Shown here: one piece after another, positions 9,779-19,908 of the stretch
How the letters are laid out: each line of letters starts with the position of its first letter
Position numbering within the stretch: the first letter of the stretch is position 1
DNA from: Gammaproteobacteria bacterium
GTDB lineage: Bacteria > Pseudomonadota > Gammaproteobacteria > Enterobacterales > GCA-2746155
Length of the DNA: 60,166 nt
Assembly: GCA_030589945.1 (NCBI GenBank)
Contig: JAUUZN010000002.1
Location: 1-60,166, forward strand
Direction: 5' to 3'
Notes under the pieces: model-generated
Seen by the model: only the letters and a program-made list of their open reading frames with translations
Database searches by the model: none
Told to the model about the DNA's origin: nothing
Position numbers and translations under genes: made by a program

Positions 9779-11191
9779 ATGACTGACCCTAAAAAGGCTT
9801 CGTCGGATGCATTAAAAATAGAGCATCCGACTAGTCTCTACGCAAAATCTCCCACGGTTTACGTTAAGAAAAGTGAAGGTTACTTTGCTAACCTTCGCCT
9901 TATCTCAGCCTGGATACTGCTCGGTCTATATTATGGTTTTCCTTGGATAAATTGGAATGGTACTCAAGCGGTACTGCTCGATCTACCAGCGCGTAAATTT
10001 CACTATTTTGGCATCACTCTGTGGCCACAGGATTTTATTTATCTATCTTGGCTGCTCATTATTGCCGCCATGACCCTGTTCTTTTTTACCTCATTAGCGG
10101 GTCGTCTCTGGTGTGGCTATGCTTGTCCTCAGACTGTATGGACAAAGACATTTTTATTTATAGAGCGCATCATTGAAGGTAATCGAAACAAGCGAATGAA
10201 GCTTGATAAATCGCCATTATCTGCACGTAAAATTCGTATTAAAGCCTTTAAGCATTTCAGTTGGCTAACGTTTGCATTATTTACAGGATTTACCTTTGTA
10301 GGTTACTTCTCTCCCATTAGAGAAATGGTGACACAAATTCCTGATCTATCTTTTGGGGGTTGGGAGTCATTTTGGATCATATTTTATTCACTAGCGACAT
10401 ACGGTAACGCTGGCTGGCTTAAAGAGCAGGTGTGTATCTATATGTGCCCCTATGCACGATTCCAAAGTGCTATGTTTGATGTGAATACTCTCATTATTGC
10501 CTATGATCCCAATCGAGGAGAGTCTCGAGGATCGCGAAAAATCAAAGACAAGGACTATAAAGAGCAGGGCCTTGGTGATTGTATTGATTGTGAACAATGT
10601 GTCCATGTATGTCCGACAGGCATTGATATAAGAGACGGTTTACAATACGAATGTATTGCCTGTGCAGCCTGTATTGATACCTGTGATTCAGTCATGGAAA
10701 AGATGGATTATCCTAAGGGATTAATTCGTTATACCACAGACAATGAAAACGATGGTAAAGAAACCAGTGTATTCAGACTGAAGACAGCTGTTTATGCTGT
10801 TGTTCTCATTGGTTTATTTGTGTCTTTTGTTATTTCGTTGAATAACAGAATACCCTTTGAAGTTGATATTATCCGTGACCGAAGTACGCTTTATACCAAT
10901 ACGCTTGAGGGTTTGGTTGAGAATGTTTACAGCATTAAAATGCTTAACATGTCGCAAAAGGACATGAACTATCATATTGAAATTTCGGGTCTTGATTCAA
11001 TTATCCTATTGGGTGATTCAGATGTATTTGTGAAGGCTGGAGAAGTCGTAACGGTGCCAGTTCGTTTACAGGTTGACCCTGGACAACTTAAATCGAGCAG
11101 TACCACAATCTACTTTAAAGCCCATTCTATTGAAGACCCTACAATCGTTGCAGATTCTGAAAGTCGATTCCTAGGTCCGGTGAGCAGATAA
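9779..11191 (+). CDS. ccoG: Cytochrome c oxidase accessory ferredoxin-like protein
   Basis: GRLWCGYACPQTVW, CIYMCPY, CIDCEQCVHVCP and CIACAACIDTC motifs. Confidence 0.98.
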   Translation: MTDPKKASSDALKIEHPTSLYAKSPTVYVKKSEGYFANLRLISAWILLGLYYGFPWINWNGTQAVLLDLPARKFHYFGITLWPQDFIYLSWLLIIAAMTLFFFTSLAGRLWCGYACPQTVWTKTFLFIERIIEGNRNKRMKLDKSPLSARKIRIKAFKHFSWLTFALFTGFTFVGYFSPIREMVTQIPDLSFGGWESFWIIFYSLATYGNAGWLKEQVCIYMCPYARFQSAMFDVNTLIIAYDPNRGESRGSRKIKDKDYKEQGLGDCIDCEQCVHVCPTGIDIRDGLQYECIACAACIDTCDSVMEKMDYPKGLIRYTTDNENDGKETSVFRLKTAVYAVVLIGLFVSFVISLNNRIPFEVDIIRDRSTLYTNTLEGLVENVYSIKMLNMSQKDMNYHIEISGLDSIILLGDSDVFVKAGEVVTVPVRLQVDPGQLKSSSTTIYFKAHSIEDPTIVADSESRFLGPVSR

Positions 11192-11194
11192 AAT

Positions 11195-11713
11195 ATGGTT
11201 AAATCAACATTGATTAATGGAGTCCCTGAGCATCTTGTACCCTGGTACAAACAGTTTTGGCCTTGGTTTATTATTTCATTACCAGCAACTGTAGTTGTTG
11301 CGGGACTAGTCACCGTATATATCGCTTTTGATAATGCCGATAGTCTGGTTGCAGATGATTATTACAAACAAGGGTTAGCAATAAATGGCAATATTAAAAT
11401 GCAAACCAATGCATCGACCTATGGTTATGCAGCATTATTGAAAAGAATGCCTGACAATCGATTATTTCTTAAGTTTGACAATGCAACGCCAGATACCGAA
11501 ACTCTGAGTTTGAAATGGGTGCATCCGGGTGATAGTGAGAAAGATTTTGTGATGATTTTGAACCGTCAATTGGATGGGAGTTTTCAAAATAAAAGTGAAA
11601 ATGATTTTTCAGGTCGCTGGTACTTGCAACTATCAGCAGATAGCGATTGGCTGATTAAATCTGAAATTAGTTCTGGGATCACGACCGTACATCTTACGCC
11701 GCGCATAAATTAG
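11195..11713 (+). CDS. ccoH: FixH/CcoH family protein
   Basis: PWYKQFWPWFII and DDYYKQGLAIN motifs; operon position. Confidence 0.93.
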   Translation: MVKSTLINGVPEHLVPWYKQFWPWFIISLPATVVVAGLVTVYIAFDNADSLVADDYYKQGLAINGNIKMQTNASTYGYAALLKRMPDNRLFLKFDNATPDTETLSLKWVHPGDSEKDFVMILNRQLDGSFQNKSENDFSGRWYLQLSADSDWLIKSEISSGITTVHLTPRIN

Positions 11714-11722
11714 TAGGCCAAT

Positions 11723-14191
11723 ATGGCCGATTCTTCAAATCATTGTTTTCACTGCGGACTTCCTAACACTGCTACTGCTGATGCAAAATCAAAATATCCT
11801 GTAGTGGTGAATGATGAAACTGAGTATGTCTGCTGTCCGGGCTGTCAGGCAGTCTGTGAGTCGATAATCAGCCTCGGGTTATCTGATTATTACCAATTCC
11901 GTGAAAACCTACCTGATGTGTCTCCCAAAGAGCTCGAAGCAGATCTCGAACAACTTGAATTTTATGATCATCAAAAGGTTCTGAGCAAATACACGTCATT
12001 AGACGATGAGCAAAATCAAAGCATCGCACTAATGATTCAAGGGATAGTCTGTTCAGCCTGTACTTGGTTAATTGAATCTCGTATTAGCAAGATGCCTGGG
12101 ATCAAAATAATCTCAGTAAATCAAACGACAAGTCGTGCATTGGTGAGTTGGGATCCAGAAATTGTAAAACTGAGTGAGATTCTTAAATCAATCAATCTAC
12201 TGGGTTATCAGGCACAACCCTATGATCAAAAAATTAAAGAGCAACAACTCATTGATGAAAATAAACGGGCTCTTAAAAAGCTAGCCGTTGCCGGTCTAGG
12301 TATGATGCAAGTGATGATGTATAGCCTAGGGTTTTATTTGGACACGGGTTCAGAGATGAGTCACTCAACGGCAACCATATTGCGTTGGACGAGTTTACTG
12401 ATATCAGCTCCTGTAGTTTTTTATTCCGCGAGTTCATTTTATATCTCAGCATTTAAAGCGTTAAAAAATAAAGCAGTGAACATGGATGTGCCAGTGACCA
12501 TTGCGATTTTTTCAGCCTGGGGAGCAAGCCTCTATACAACATTGATGGGACAGGGCGAGGTCTATTTTGATTCAGTGAGTATGTTTGTTTTCTTCCTACT
12601 CACGGGTCGATATTTGCAGATGAAAGCCATTCATCGTGCAAGCCGTGTATTGGAATTTAAACTCAAGTCTAAACCAGAAACAGCGTTACGTATTTCTGAG
12701 AATGTTGAAAAAAGAGTCATTCAAGAAAGAGTGTTACTTGATGATGTGTTGGTCGATGATCATCTGTTGATTAAACCGGGTCAGCAAATTCCCTGTGACG
12801 GTATCGTCATTAAGGGTGAGACCTCGGTTGATGAGTCTTTATTAACCGGTGAGTCCATGCCCTTGCATCGTAAGATTGGGGATAATGTGGCTGCGGGTTC
12901 AATTAATAAAGGTGATGCTATCACAATTGCGGTCACTAAAATTGCTGAGGATTCTACTCTTAACGGTATTATCAAATTAATGCAAAGAGCGCAGCAGGAT
13001 AAACCCGATATTCAATTGTTCGCGGATAAAATTGCCAGTTATTTTGTGACCATGGTGCTTGTGGTCGCCCTAAGTACTGGGTTGTTTTGGTTGCAACAGG
13101 ATAGTCATCAGGCGTTTAATGCGGTTTTGGCTGTGCTGGTCGTCACCTGTCCTTGTGCCTTATCTCTTGCGACACCCGTAGCGATTACCACCGCACTGGG
13201 TCGACTGACGAGCATGTCATTAATACTGAACCGTACTAAGGTCATGAGTTCATTGAGTGAGTTGACCGATGTTGTTTTTGATAAGACCGGTACACTGACA
13301 ACCGGTGGGTTTAGTGTCAGTGAATTAGACAACCGCTCTGAGATTTTTGATTCGGAAGTACTCTATATTATTTCTCTCATAGAAAGTGAATCCGAACATC
13401 CCATTGCAACAGCATTTCAAAACAATGATACGAGTACAATTGTTCAGGAGTACGCAAAAAAGTATCAACTTGATGAAACATCATTGATTTCTTCGAAAGG
13501 TATTGAGGCTATAATCTCTGGGGAAAGGTGGATGATTGGGAATTCAAGTATTCTTAGCAATGAAACAATTTATTCAGCAGATGAAAAACTCCCTGCTGGT
13601 CAGTTAGCGCTCTATTTGCTGCAAGATGAACAATGTATAGCGAAGGTGATTGTCAAAACTGAAATTAGAAAAGATGCTGCAACAACAATCGAGCAACTTA
13701 AATCGATGGGCATAAAAGTTCATCTGCTAAGTGGTGATCAACAAAGCAATGTGCAACAGACTGCTGATGAGTTAGCTATTGATACGTTTTATGGCGAGCA
13801 AACACCCGAACAAAAACTAGCGTACATTAATGCACTAACATCAAAGGGGTTGAATGTAGCCATGGTGGGAGATGGTGTCAATGACAGTCCTGCAATGGCA
13901 GCATCACTGGTGTCCTTTGCCATTGCTAAATCAACTGACATCACCAAGACCAGCGCAGATATTGTTATGCTCTCTGATCAGTTGAGTTCTATCTTAGATG
14001 CCATTAGACTTTCAAAATCTACTCGCAGGATTATTAAACAAAACCTACTTTGGGCCCTGTCTTATAATGTCTTGGCAATCCCACTTGCAGTCTCGGGTTT
14101 TATTACACCTTGGATTGCTGCTGCGGGTATGTCGTTGAGTTCTTTGGTGGTGGTTTTTAATGCATTAAGATTAAATCGGAGGATCACTTGA
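11723..14191 (+). CDS. ccoI: Cu-translocating P1B ATPase
   Basis: CFHCG/CCPGC N-terminal domain, CSAC, TGES, CPC, DKTGT and GDGVND motifs. Confidence 0.97.
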   Translation: MADSSNHCFHCGLPNTATADAKSKYPVVVNDETEYVCCPGCQAVCESIISLGLSDYYQFRENLPDVSPKELEADLEQLEFYDHQKVLSKYTSLDDEQNQSIALMIQGIVCSACTWLIESRISKMPGIKIISVNQTTSRALVSWDPEIVKLSEILKSINLLGYQAQPYDQKIKEQQLIDENKRALKKLAVAGLGMMQVMMYSLGFYLDTGSEMSHSTATILRWTSLLISAPVVFYSASSFYISAFKALKNKAVNMDVPVTIAIFSAWGASLYTTLMGQGEVYFDSVSMFVFFLLTGRYLQMKAIHRASRVLEFKLKSKPETALRISENVEKRVIQERVLLDDVLVDDHLLIKPGQQIPCDGIVIKGETSVDESLLTGESMPLHRKIGDNVAAGSINKGDAITIAVTKIAEDSTLNGIIKLMQRAQQDKPDIQLFADKIASYFVTMVLVVALSTGLFWLQQDSHQAFNAVLAVLVVTCPCALSLATPVAITTALGRLTSMSLILNRTKVMSSLSELTDVVFDKTGTLTTGGFSVSELDNRSEIFDSEVLYIISLIESESEHPIATAFQNNDTSTIVQEYAKKYQLDETSLISSKGIEAIISGERWMIGNSSILSNETIYSADEKLPAGQLALYLLQDEQCIAKVIVKTEIRKDAATTIEQLKSMGIKVHLLSGDQQSNVQQTADELAIDTFYGEQTPEQKLAYINALTSKGLNVAMVGDGVNDSPAMAASLVSFAIAKSTDITKTSADIVMLSDQLSSILDAIRLSKSTRRIIKQNLLWALSYNVLAIPLAVSGFITPWIAAAGMSLSSLVVVFNALRLNRRIT

Positions 14192-14418
14192 GCATCTTAT
14201 TTTTACTCATTCCATTGGCGATAATATTTTTAATCATGGCTGTTGCATTCTTCTTTTGGGCCATTAAACGTGGTCAGTATGACGATATGCAGTCTCAGGC
14301 TTTGCGCGTGGTGATTGATGATCATCAGAGTATGAAGGTGGCTGCTGATAATAAAACACAGCTTGAGAATGATGAGCAATTGGATGCTGATTCTGACAAA
14401 AGCGCGGATAAGGACTAG
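14188..14418 (+). CDS. ccoS: cbb3 assembly protein
   Basis: LLIPLA...FFWAIKRGQYDD motif. Confidence 0.93.
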   Translation: MSILFLLIPLAIIFLIMAVAFFFWAIKRGQYDDMQSQALRVVIDDHQSMKVAADNKTQLENDEQLDADSDKSADKD

Positions 14419-14426
14419 GAACAAAC

Positions 14427-15179
14427 ATGGGTATTGATCCTGTACTTCTATCAACATTAACGGCTGCCTTCGTTGCAGGTCTTGTGGGTAGTCTGCACTG
14501 TGTTGGAATGTGTGGAGGCATTGCCTCTGCCTTGGGGATGAGCCAAAAACGCGCGGAAACATCAATCCCACCAGCACATTTTGCAATTCTCTATCAAATT
14601 GGGAGAATCAGTAGCTATGCAGTTGCTGGAATGATAGCGGGCTCATTGGGAGAGGTGATCACACAGTCAGAATGGTTAAAGGATATTTCACTTTATCTGA
14701 GACTGTTTTTTGCACTGTTCATCATTGGTCTTGGACTTTTTATTGCGGGTTGGTTTCCAGCTTTTTCTATCATTGAGAGAATGGGATTACCTCTATGGAA
14801 AAAAATATCTCCCTTATCAAAAAAATTAATACCCGTAACAAAATATCCTCAAGCCTATGCACTCGGATTTCTTTGGGGTTGGCTGCCCTGTGGTTTGACC
14901 TATAGTATTTTACTCTGGTCGGTATCTTCGGCTTCTAGTTTAAATGGGGGGCTTATCATGCTTACTTTTGGGTTAGGAACAATACCGGCGATGTTTTCAG
15001 TCACGCTTGGGGCGGGTAAAATATCTAAACTTGTACGTTATCCTTGGGTAAGAAAGATTGCGGGAATGGTACTCATTATCGCGGGTGTCTTTGTTGTGCT
15101 GGGTACCGTCAAAATGGCATCACATGATCCAGCGACTCATGAACAAATGAACGCGGATGCTGTTTTGCGAAAAGATTAG
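14427..15179 (+). CDS. DsbD_2 / TauE-SafE family membrane protein of cbb3 loci
   Basis: GSLHCVGMCGG and WGWLPCGL motifs. Confidence 0.9.
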   Translation: MGIDPVLLSTLTAAFVAGLVGSLHCVGMCGGIASALGMSQKRAETSIPPAHFAILYQIGRISSYAVAGMIAGSLGEVITQSEWLKDISLYLRLFFALFIIGLGLFIAGWFPAFSIIERMGLPLWKKISPLSKKLIPVTKYPQAYALGFLWGWLPCGLTYSILLWSVSSASSLNGGLIMLTFGLGTIPAMFSVTLGAGKISKLVRYPWVRKIAGMVLIIAGVFVVLGTVKMASHDPATHEQMNADAVLRKD

Positions 15180-15217
15180 ATGATGAAAATACGAGGATAA
15201 TCATCGTTGTAAATATG

Positions 15218-17191
15218 TTATAAAAATGTCTGAAATTGCGGTTGATAATACTCACTCAAATCAACAAGCATCCGAGCGGTGGCTCCCCAAATCATCTGAT
15301 CACGCCATTGAATCTTATAATATTCACGATCTTCACCCTGATAATAGATGCTTTCTTTGTGATGATTAATGCTGTCGCAAACAAAACTAAGGGGAGCACT
15401 AAAGACTTCATCAACCTCATCCTCAGCAATGGTCATGGGAGGTAAAGTTTCGAGTAGCGCAATATAAGGAAAGATTCTAAATCCAGTTAAAGTAGGGCGC
15501 TGCTTTAGTTGGCCGATAATCTTATAATGGTTAGCACTAATTCCAATCTCTTCATAAGTTTCACGAATTGCGGTTGCAAGCAAGTGCTCATCCGACACAT
15601 CAAAGCGACCTCCAGGAAAACTCACCTGGCCAGCATGGTGATTTAGGTGTGAAGCGCGTTTAGTAAAAATAATTTGCCACTCATTATCCGTCTTGTGTAA
15701 TAACAATAAAACGGCCGATGCCTTTAAGTCATCATCCCATTTTCTTAGTGGTGGTGAAGGAATTGGACTTGATAGTTGCACTAGAGAGCTAAACGGATAA
15801 TCAATCCTCGCATCATTCTCAGTTTTAGATCGTCTCTTAAGTACAGGAAGAATACGACTGACTTTATCAAAGGTTTCTTGGTATTCATCGTCGGCAATAG
15901 ATTCTTGAACAATGCCACCACCTGCCCAACAGTAGATCTTATCTTCCTTACGAACCAACGTTCGAATACTAATGTTGCAATCCATTTGACCTCTAAAATC
16001 GATATAACCAATAGAACCACAATAGTAGCTGCGTCTATTAGGCTCAAGTTCATCAATGATATTCATTGCTCTAATTTTTGGAGTACCAGTAATCGAGCCT
16101 CCGGGAAAGCAATTTGCTAACAAAGAGAAAGCGTCTTCGCTATCTTCGATTGTTCCAATAATAGTACTGACGAGATGATGAACAGATTCGAAGGATTCAA
16201 TTTTAAACAGTTCTGGAACCTTTATTGAACCTGGGATGCAGGTTCGACCTAGATCATTTCTCATTAAGTCGACTATCATTAAATTTTCGGCCTGATCTTT
16301 TTTAGAGTGAGAAAGTTCAGACCTTAGTCGCTGATCTTCTTGCTCAGTCATTCCTCTGGGTCTAGTGCCTTTAATGGGCTTTGTCTGAACGAGGGAATCT
16401 TTGAGACTGATAAAACGTTCAGGAGAAAGACTCAAAATAGTTGCGTCACCACAGTTTACGTAGGCAGAGAAGGGTGCCTTATTTACTTTAGCTAATTGCT
16501 GATAGGCTGACCAACTGCTACCGATACATTGGGCATTAAAGCGCTGCGCTAAATTCACTTGATAACAGTCACCTGCACGGATGTAATCTTTGATTCTTTG
16601 GAATGAATTTTTATATTCGTCTTTGGTAAAGTTTGAACACCAGTCAGATGTTAAATAGAAGTCCTCGGTAAAGTATTCTAATTCTTGTTGCTCGAGTAAG
16701 GCGCATATTTGTTGGTTAAATTTTTCGTAAAGAGGTCTTTTAGAATTTTGGCTGAGGATGAGATAACTTTGCTCATTATTCCTATCAATGACTAAAATGC
16801 AGCCGTAAATTCCTGCATAAAAATCAGACAATCCCAAGTCATCTTTAGACTCATGAGGCAGCATTTCATAGTAGCGGCCTAGATCATAAGCAAATGCGAA
16901 TAAAAGCCCACCCAGACAGGGAAGGTTATTAAGTTCTTCAGGAATCTCACAGGTTTCAACGTTATAAGAGGCGAACTGCTCGCGTAAGTGCCCTAGTGGA
17001 TCGCTGACACTATCAGAAATGTTATGGTACTGGGCAATGGGCTCAACACCAATAATATCAAATGCATTCTCAGAGCACTCTTGTAAACTACTGTCTAGCA
17101 GTATAGAACCTTGATTATTTGCATAGAGCGAAAATAGCGCATCTCTTTGCTCTAGACTCAATAATGGATATTGTTGATATTCTATGGGCAT
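15218..17191 (-). CDS. pabB: Aminodeoxychorismate synthase component I fused to a NudL-type CoA pyrophosphatase
   Basis: GDCYQVNLAQRF, SPERF, KPIKGTRPR and PGGSITG (PabB), then HAGQVSFPGG...RETYEEIG and IWGATA (NudL) in one frame. Confidence 0.9.
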   Translation of the reverse strand: MPIEYQQYPLLSLEQRDALFSLYANNQGSILLDSSLQECSENAFDIIGVEPIAQYHNISDSVSDPLGHLREQFASYNVETCEIPEELNNLPCLGGLLFAFAYDLGRYYEMLPHESKDDLGLSDFYAGIYGCILVIDRNNEQSYLILSQNSKRPLYEKFNQQICALLEQQELEYFTEDFYLTSDWCSNFTKDEYKNSFQRIKDYIRAGDCYQVNLAQRFNAQCIGSSWSAYQQLAKVNKAPFSAYVNCGDATILSLSPERFISLKDSLVQTKPIKGTRPRGMTEQEDQRLRSELSHSKKDQAENLMIVDLMRNDLGRTCIPGSIKVPELFKIESFESVHHLVSTIIGTIEDSEDAFSLLANCFPGGSITGTPKIRAMNIIDELEPNRRSYYCGSIGYIDFRGQMDCNISIRTLVRKEDKIYCWAGGGIVQESIADDEYQETFDKVSRILPVLKRRSKTENDARIDYPFSSLVQLSSPIPSPPLRKWDDDLKASAVLLLLHKTDNEWQIIFTKRASHLNHHAGQVSFPGGRFDVSDEHLLATAIRETYEEIGISANHYKIIGQLKQRPTLTGFRIFPYIALLETLPPMTIAEDEVDEVFSAPLSFVCDSINHHKESIYYQGEDREYYKIQWRDQMIWGATARMLVDLSEYYQPQFQTFL

Positions 17192-17447
17192 GCTTTAAAC
17201 TCATGTCTCTTGTTGTGAAAAAATAAGGTGCCAAAATAAGGCGGCAAGATTAGCACAAATAAAAAATTTGAGTTAAAAATTCAAAAAATCGGGTTTGTGG
17301 TGAATCTGTCTGTCATATCATTCAATTCATCTTGTCGGGCTTTAAATTGTAAAAATAAGCGCTATTATAGCGCCATAGACATCATGATGCTTGAGTGACT
17401 CATTGAAAGATGAATAATTGATACTCAGTGGCATCAAATGGAGAATT

Positions 17448-18104
17448 ATGAATTATAAGTTAATAGCGGTTCTGGTACTGATGCAATACACCATTGTTTC
17501 AGGGATTGTTCAGGCTGGAGATAAATTCCCAATTGCAGATATTGCAAGCAAGGTTAACCCGTTAAATCTTGGTTCTAAAATTCCCAACGTGGGTTTATGG
17601 ACGGGCTATGGAGACCCTGTACATCTTCGAAAAATAACCTATAAAAAACCTTCGGTTATTTATTTTTATCAAGGCGCCTGGATGCCCATTTGTTCTAAGC
17701 AGCTGAATGAACTTAGAGACATCGCTGAAAAGCTCGATGCGATTGGCTTCCAACTCATTGGAATTAGTCCCGATTCACCTCGCCGGTTAATAAAAACTAG
17801 GAAAAAGCAGAAGCTGAATTTTATGCTACTTTCTGATTACCATCTTGATGCTGCCAGAGGGTTTGGTATTGCCTATCGACTGACTAAAAAAGAAGAGCGT
17901 TTAGCGAGGAAAAAGTATGGTGCGGACTTACGCTACATTAAGGGAGAAGAGGGGTATAACTTACCTGTGCCAGGATTTTTCATAGTAGACACCCAAGGAA
18001 TAATACATTTTCAATACGTAAACCCTAACCTTAAACAACAGATGACCACCGACTTTTTGCTATCAGCAGCCCAAATGGTATCCACCTCTATCAAAACAGA
18101 TTAA
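17448..18104 (+). CDS. Exported AhpC/TSA peroxiredoxin-like protein with an altered redox motif
   Basis: Signal peptide, [19 protein letters not shown] and [10 protein letters not shown] motifs. ATG at 17448 follows GGAG. Confidence 0.8.
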   Translation: MNYKLIAVLVLMQYTIVSGIVQAGDKFPIADIASKVNPLNLGSKIPNVGLWTGYGDPVHLRKITYKKPSVIYFYQGAWMPICSKQLNELRDIAEKLDAIGFQLIGISPDSPRRLIKTRKKQKLNFMLLSDYHLDAARGFGIAYRLTKKEERLARKKYGADLRYIKGEEGYNLPVPGFFIVDTQGIIHFQYVNPNLKQQMTTDFLLSAAQMVSTSIKTD

Positions 18105-19546
18105 GGCACGTTCCCGACTACAAGGATTTTCATCGCATTGGTTCCACCATCGACGCCCATATGTTCACCCTTGGTTAGAATGACGATGTCGCCTTTTTGA
18201 ACAAGGCCTCTCGATTCTAATTCTTCAACGGCTTTGCGATTGACATCTTTACGTTCAAATTGAGTGGCATCAAAGGGGACTGCTTCAACACCACGAAACA
18301 GAGCTACTTTTAGCCGTGTTGATTGGTGACGTGTCATTGCAAAGATAGAAATTCCTGAGCTTATTCTTGACATCCAAAGTGGCGTTGACCCCGATTCAGT
18401 TAAACACAGAATGGCTTTGACTCCATTAAGGTGATTTGCTGTATACATGGTGGCCATTGCTATGGCTTCATCTGTACTTTTAAAGGCTGAATCAACTCGG
18501 TGGCCTGATACCACGGAAATCTTCTGTTGCTCGGCACCCAGACAGACACGCGACATGGTTTCTACAACCTGAACGGGATACGCCCCGGTGGCTGTTTCCG
18601 CGGATAACATCACCGCGTCTGTTCCATCCAGTACTGCATTAGCAACATCAAATACTTCGGCTCTTGTGGGAACGGGAGCAGTAATCATCGATTCCATCAT
18701 CTGTGTTGCTGTAATGACCAGTCGATTGAGGCAACGCGCTCTTTTAATGATGTGTTTTTGTACACCAACCAGAGCTGCATCACCAATTTCAACGCCCAAA
18801 TCTCCACGCGCAACCATTACAGCATCACTAGCAATAATGACTTCATCGAGAATTTCATAGTCCATGACCAACTCAGCGCGTTCAATTTTTGCCACCATAC
18901 TTGCTTGGCTACCTGCCGCGCGAGCAAGCTGAGTAGCTTCTTGCATGTCCTGGGGGCTTCTAGGAAATGAGACAGCGAGGTAATCGACACCAATTTTAGC
19001 TGCGGTAATAATATCAGCCCGATCTTTGTCAGTTAAGGCTCCAGCAGAGAGTCCACCGCCTTTACGGTTGATTCCCTTATTGTTGGATAACGGACCGCCG
19101 AGTACTACTGTGCATTCAATACGAGTACCTTCAATGGCTGTGACAGTGAGTTCAACACGACCATCATCAAGCAGAAGAATATCGTCAATGACAACATCAT
19201 CGGGTAATTCTTTGTAGTCTATACCAACCTGCGTTATGTCACCGGCGTCGTTGTCTAGAGCGGCATCAAGAACAAAGGTCGCACCTTCTACAAGTTCGAT
19301 AGTGCCTTCTTTAAATCGAGACACGCGGATCTTTGGCCCTTGTAAATCACCGAGAATAGCAACGTAACGACCATGCTTTTGAGCAATTTCTCTAACCATT
19401 GATGCGCGTTTGAGGTGATCTTCAGCCTCACCATGTGAAAAGTTGAGTCGAACAACATTAGCGCCAGCTAAAATCAGTTGTTCTAGAGTTTCTGGATTAT
19501 CGGTCCCTGGTCCAAGTGTAGTTACAATTTTTGTACGTCTAGTCAT
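18101..19546 (-). CDS. pyk: Pyruvate kinase
   Basis: [30 protein letters not shown] and TATQMMESM motifs. Likely start at 19546, overlapping the metJ stop. Confidence 0.98.
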   Translation of the reverse strand: MTRRTKIVTTLGPGTDNPETLEQLILAGANVVRLNFSHGEAEDHLKRASMVREIAQKHGRYVAILGDLQGPKIRVSRFKEGTIELVEGATFVLDAALDNDAGDITQVGIDYKELPDDVVIDDILLLDDGRVELTVTAIEGTRIECTVVLGGPLSNNKGINRKGGGLSAGALTDKDRADIITAAKIGVDYLAVSFPRSPQDMQEATQLARAAGSQASMVAKIERAELVMDYEILDEVIIASDAVMVARGDLGVEIGDAALVGVQKHIIKRARCLNRLVITATQMMESMITAPVPTRAEVFDVANAVLDGTDAVMLSAETATGAYPVQVVETMSRVCLGAEQQKISVVSGHRVDSAFKSTDEAIAMATMYTANHLNGVKAILCLTESGSTPLWMSRISSGISIFAMTRHQSTRLKVALFRGVEAVPFDATQFERKDVNRKAVEELESRGLVQKGDIVILTKGEHMGVDGGTNAMKILVVGNVP

Positions 19547-19814
19547 TTGTATTCCAGTAGTCAGGTTCTGGGTTGTCTTTGAAAAGTTCGTCATCCTGTG
19601 GCAGGGGTTGTCCTGTATAGGCATGAAGAAATGCTTCACAGAGTAGTTCACTGTTTGTTGCGTGTCTAAGGTTGTTTACTTGTCGACGTGTTCTCTCGTC
19701 AGTCAATATTTTAAGTACCGTTAAAGGAATCGATACGGTTACCTTTTTAACTGAGCCACTTTTCTTGCCGTGTTCGACATAAGGGCTAATGTAATTGCCA
19801 TCCCATTGATTCAT
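19539..19814 (-). CDS. metJ: Methionine regulon repressor
   Basis: [24 protein letters not shown]...[27 protein letters not shown]. Confidence 0.98.
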   Translation of the reverse strand: MNQWDGNYISPYVEHGKKSGSVKKVTVSIPLTVLKILTDERTRRQVNNLRHATNSELLCEAFLHAYTGQPLPQDDELFKDNPEPDYWNTND

Positions 19815-19868
19815 TATTTCGTCCTAACAGAGAATAAGTCACCAGTGATTGTACACTTTTACAACATT

Positions 19869-19908
19869 AGACGTCTAGCGCCTTAGAGATATAGACGTTT
19901 AAAAGTCT
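19869..19908. promoter_or_regulatory. Five tandem Met boxes
   Basis: 8-bp register AGACGTCT AGCGCCTT AGAGATAT AGACGTTT AAAAGTCT upstream of metJ; the first box is the perfect consensus. Confidence 0.88.

Noticed and set aside
17418-17437. TTGAT...ATCAA palindrome as an FNR box
   Set aside because: The spacer is 10 nt, not 4. It may be another operator but I cannot assign it.
19547-19651. N-terminal extension of pyruvate kinase in the ORF track
   Set aside because: It lies inside metJ in another frame; homology begins at MTRRTKIV (19546).
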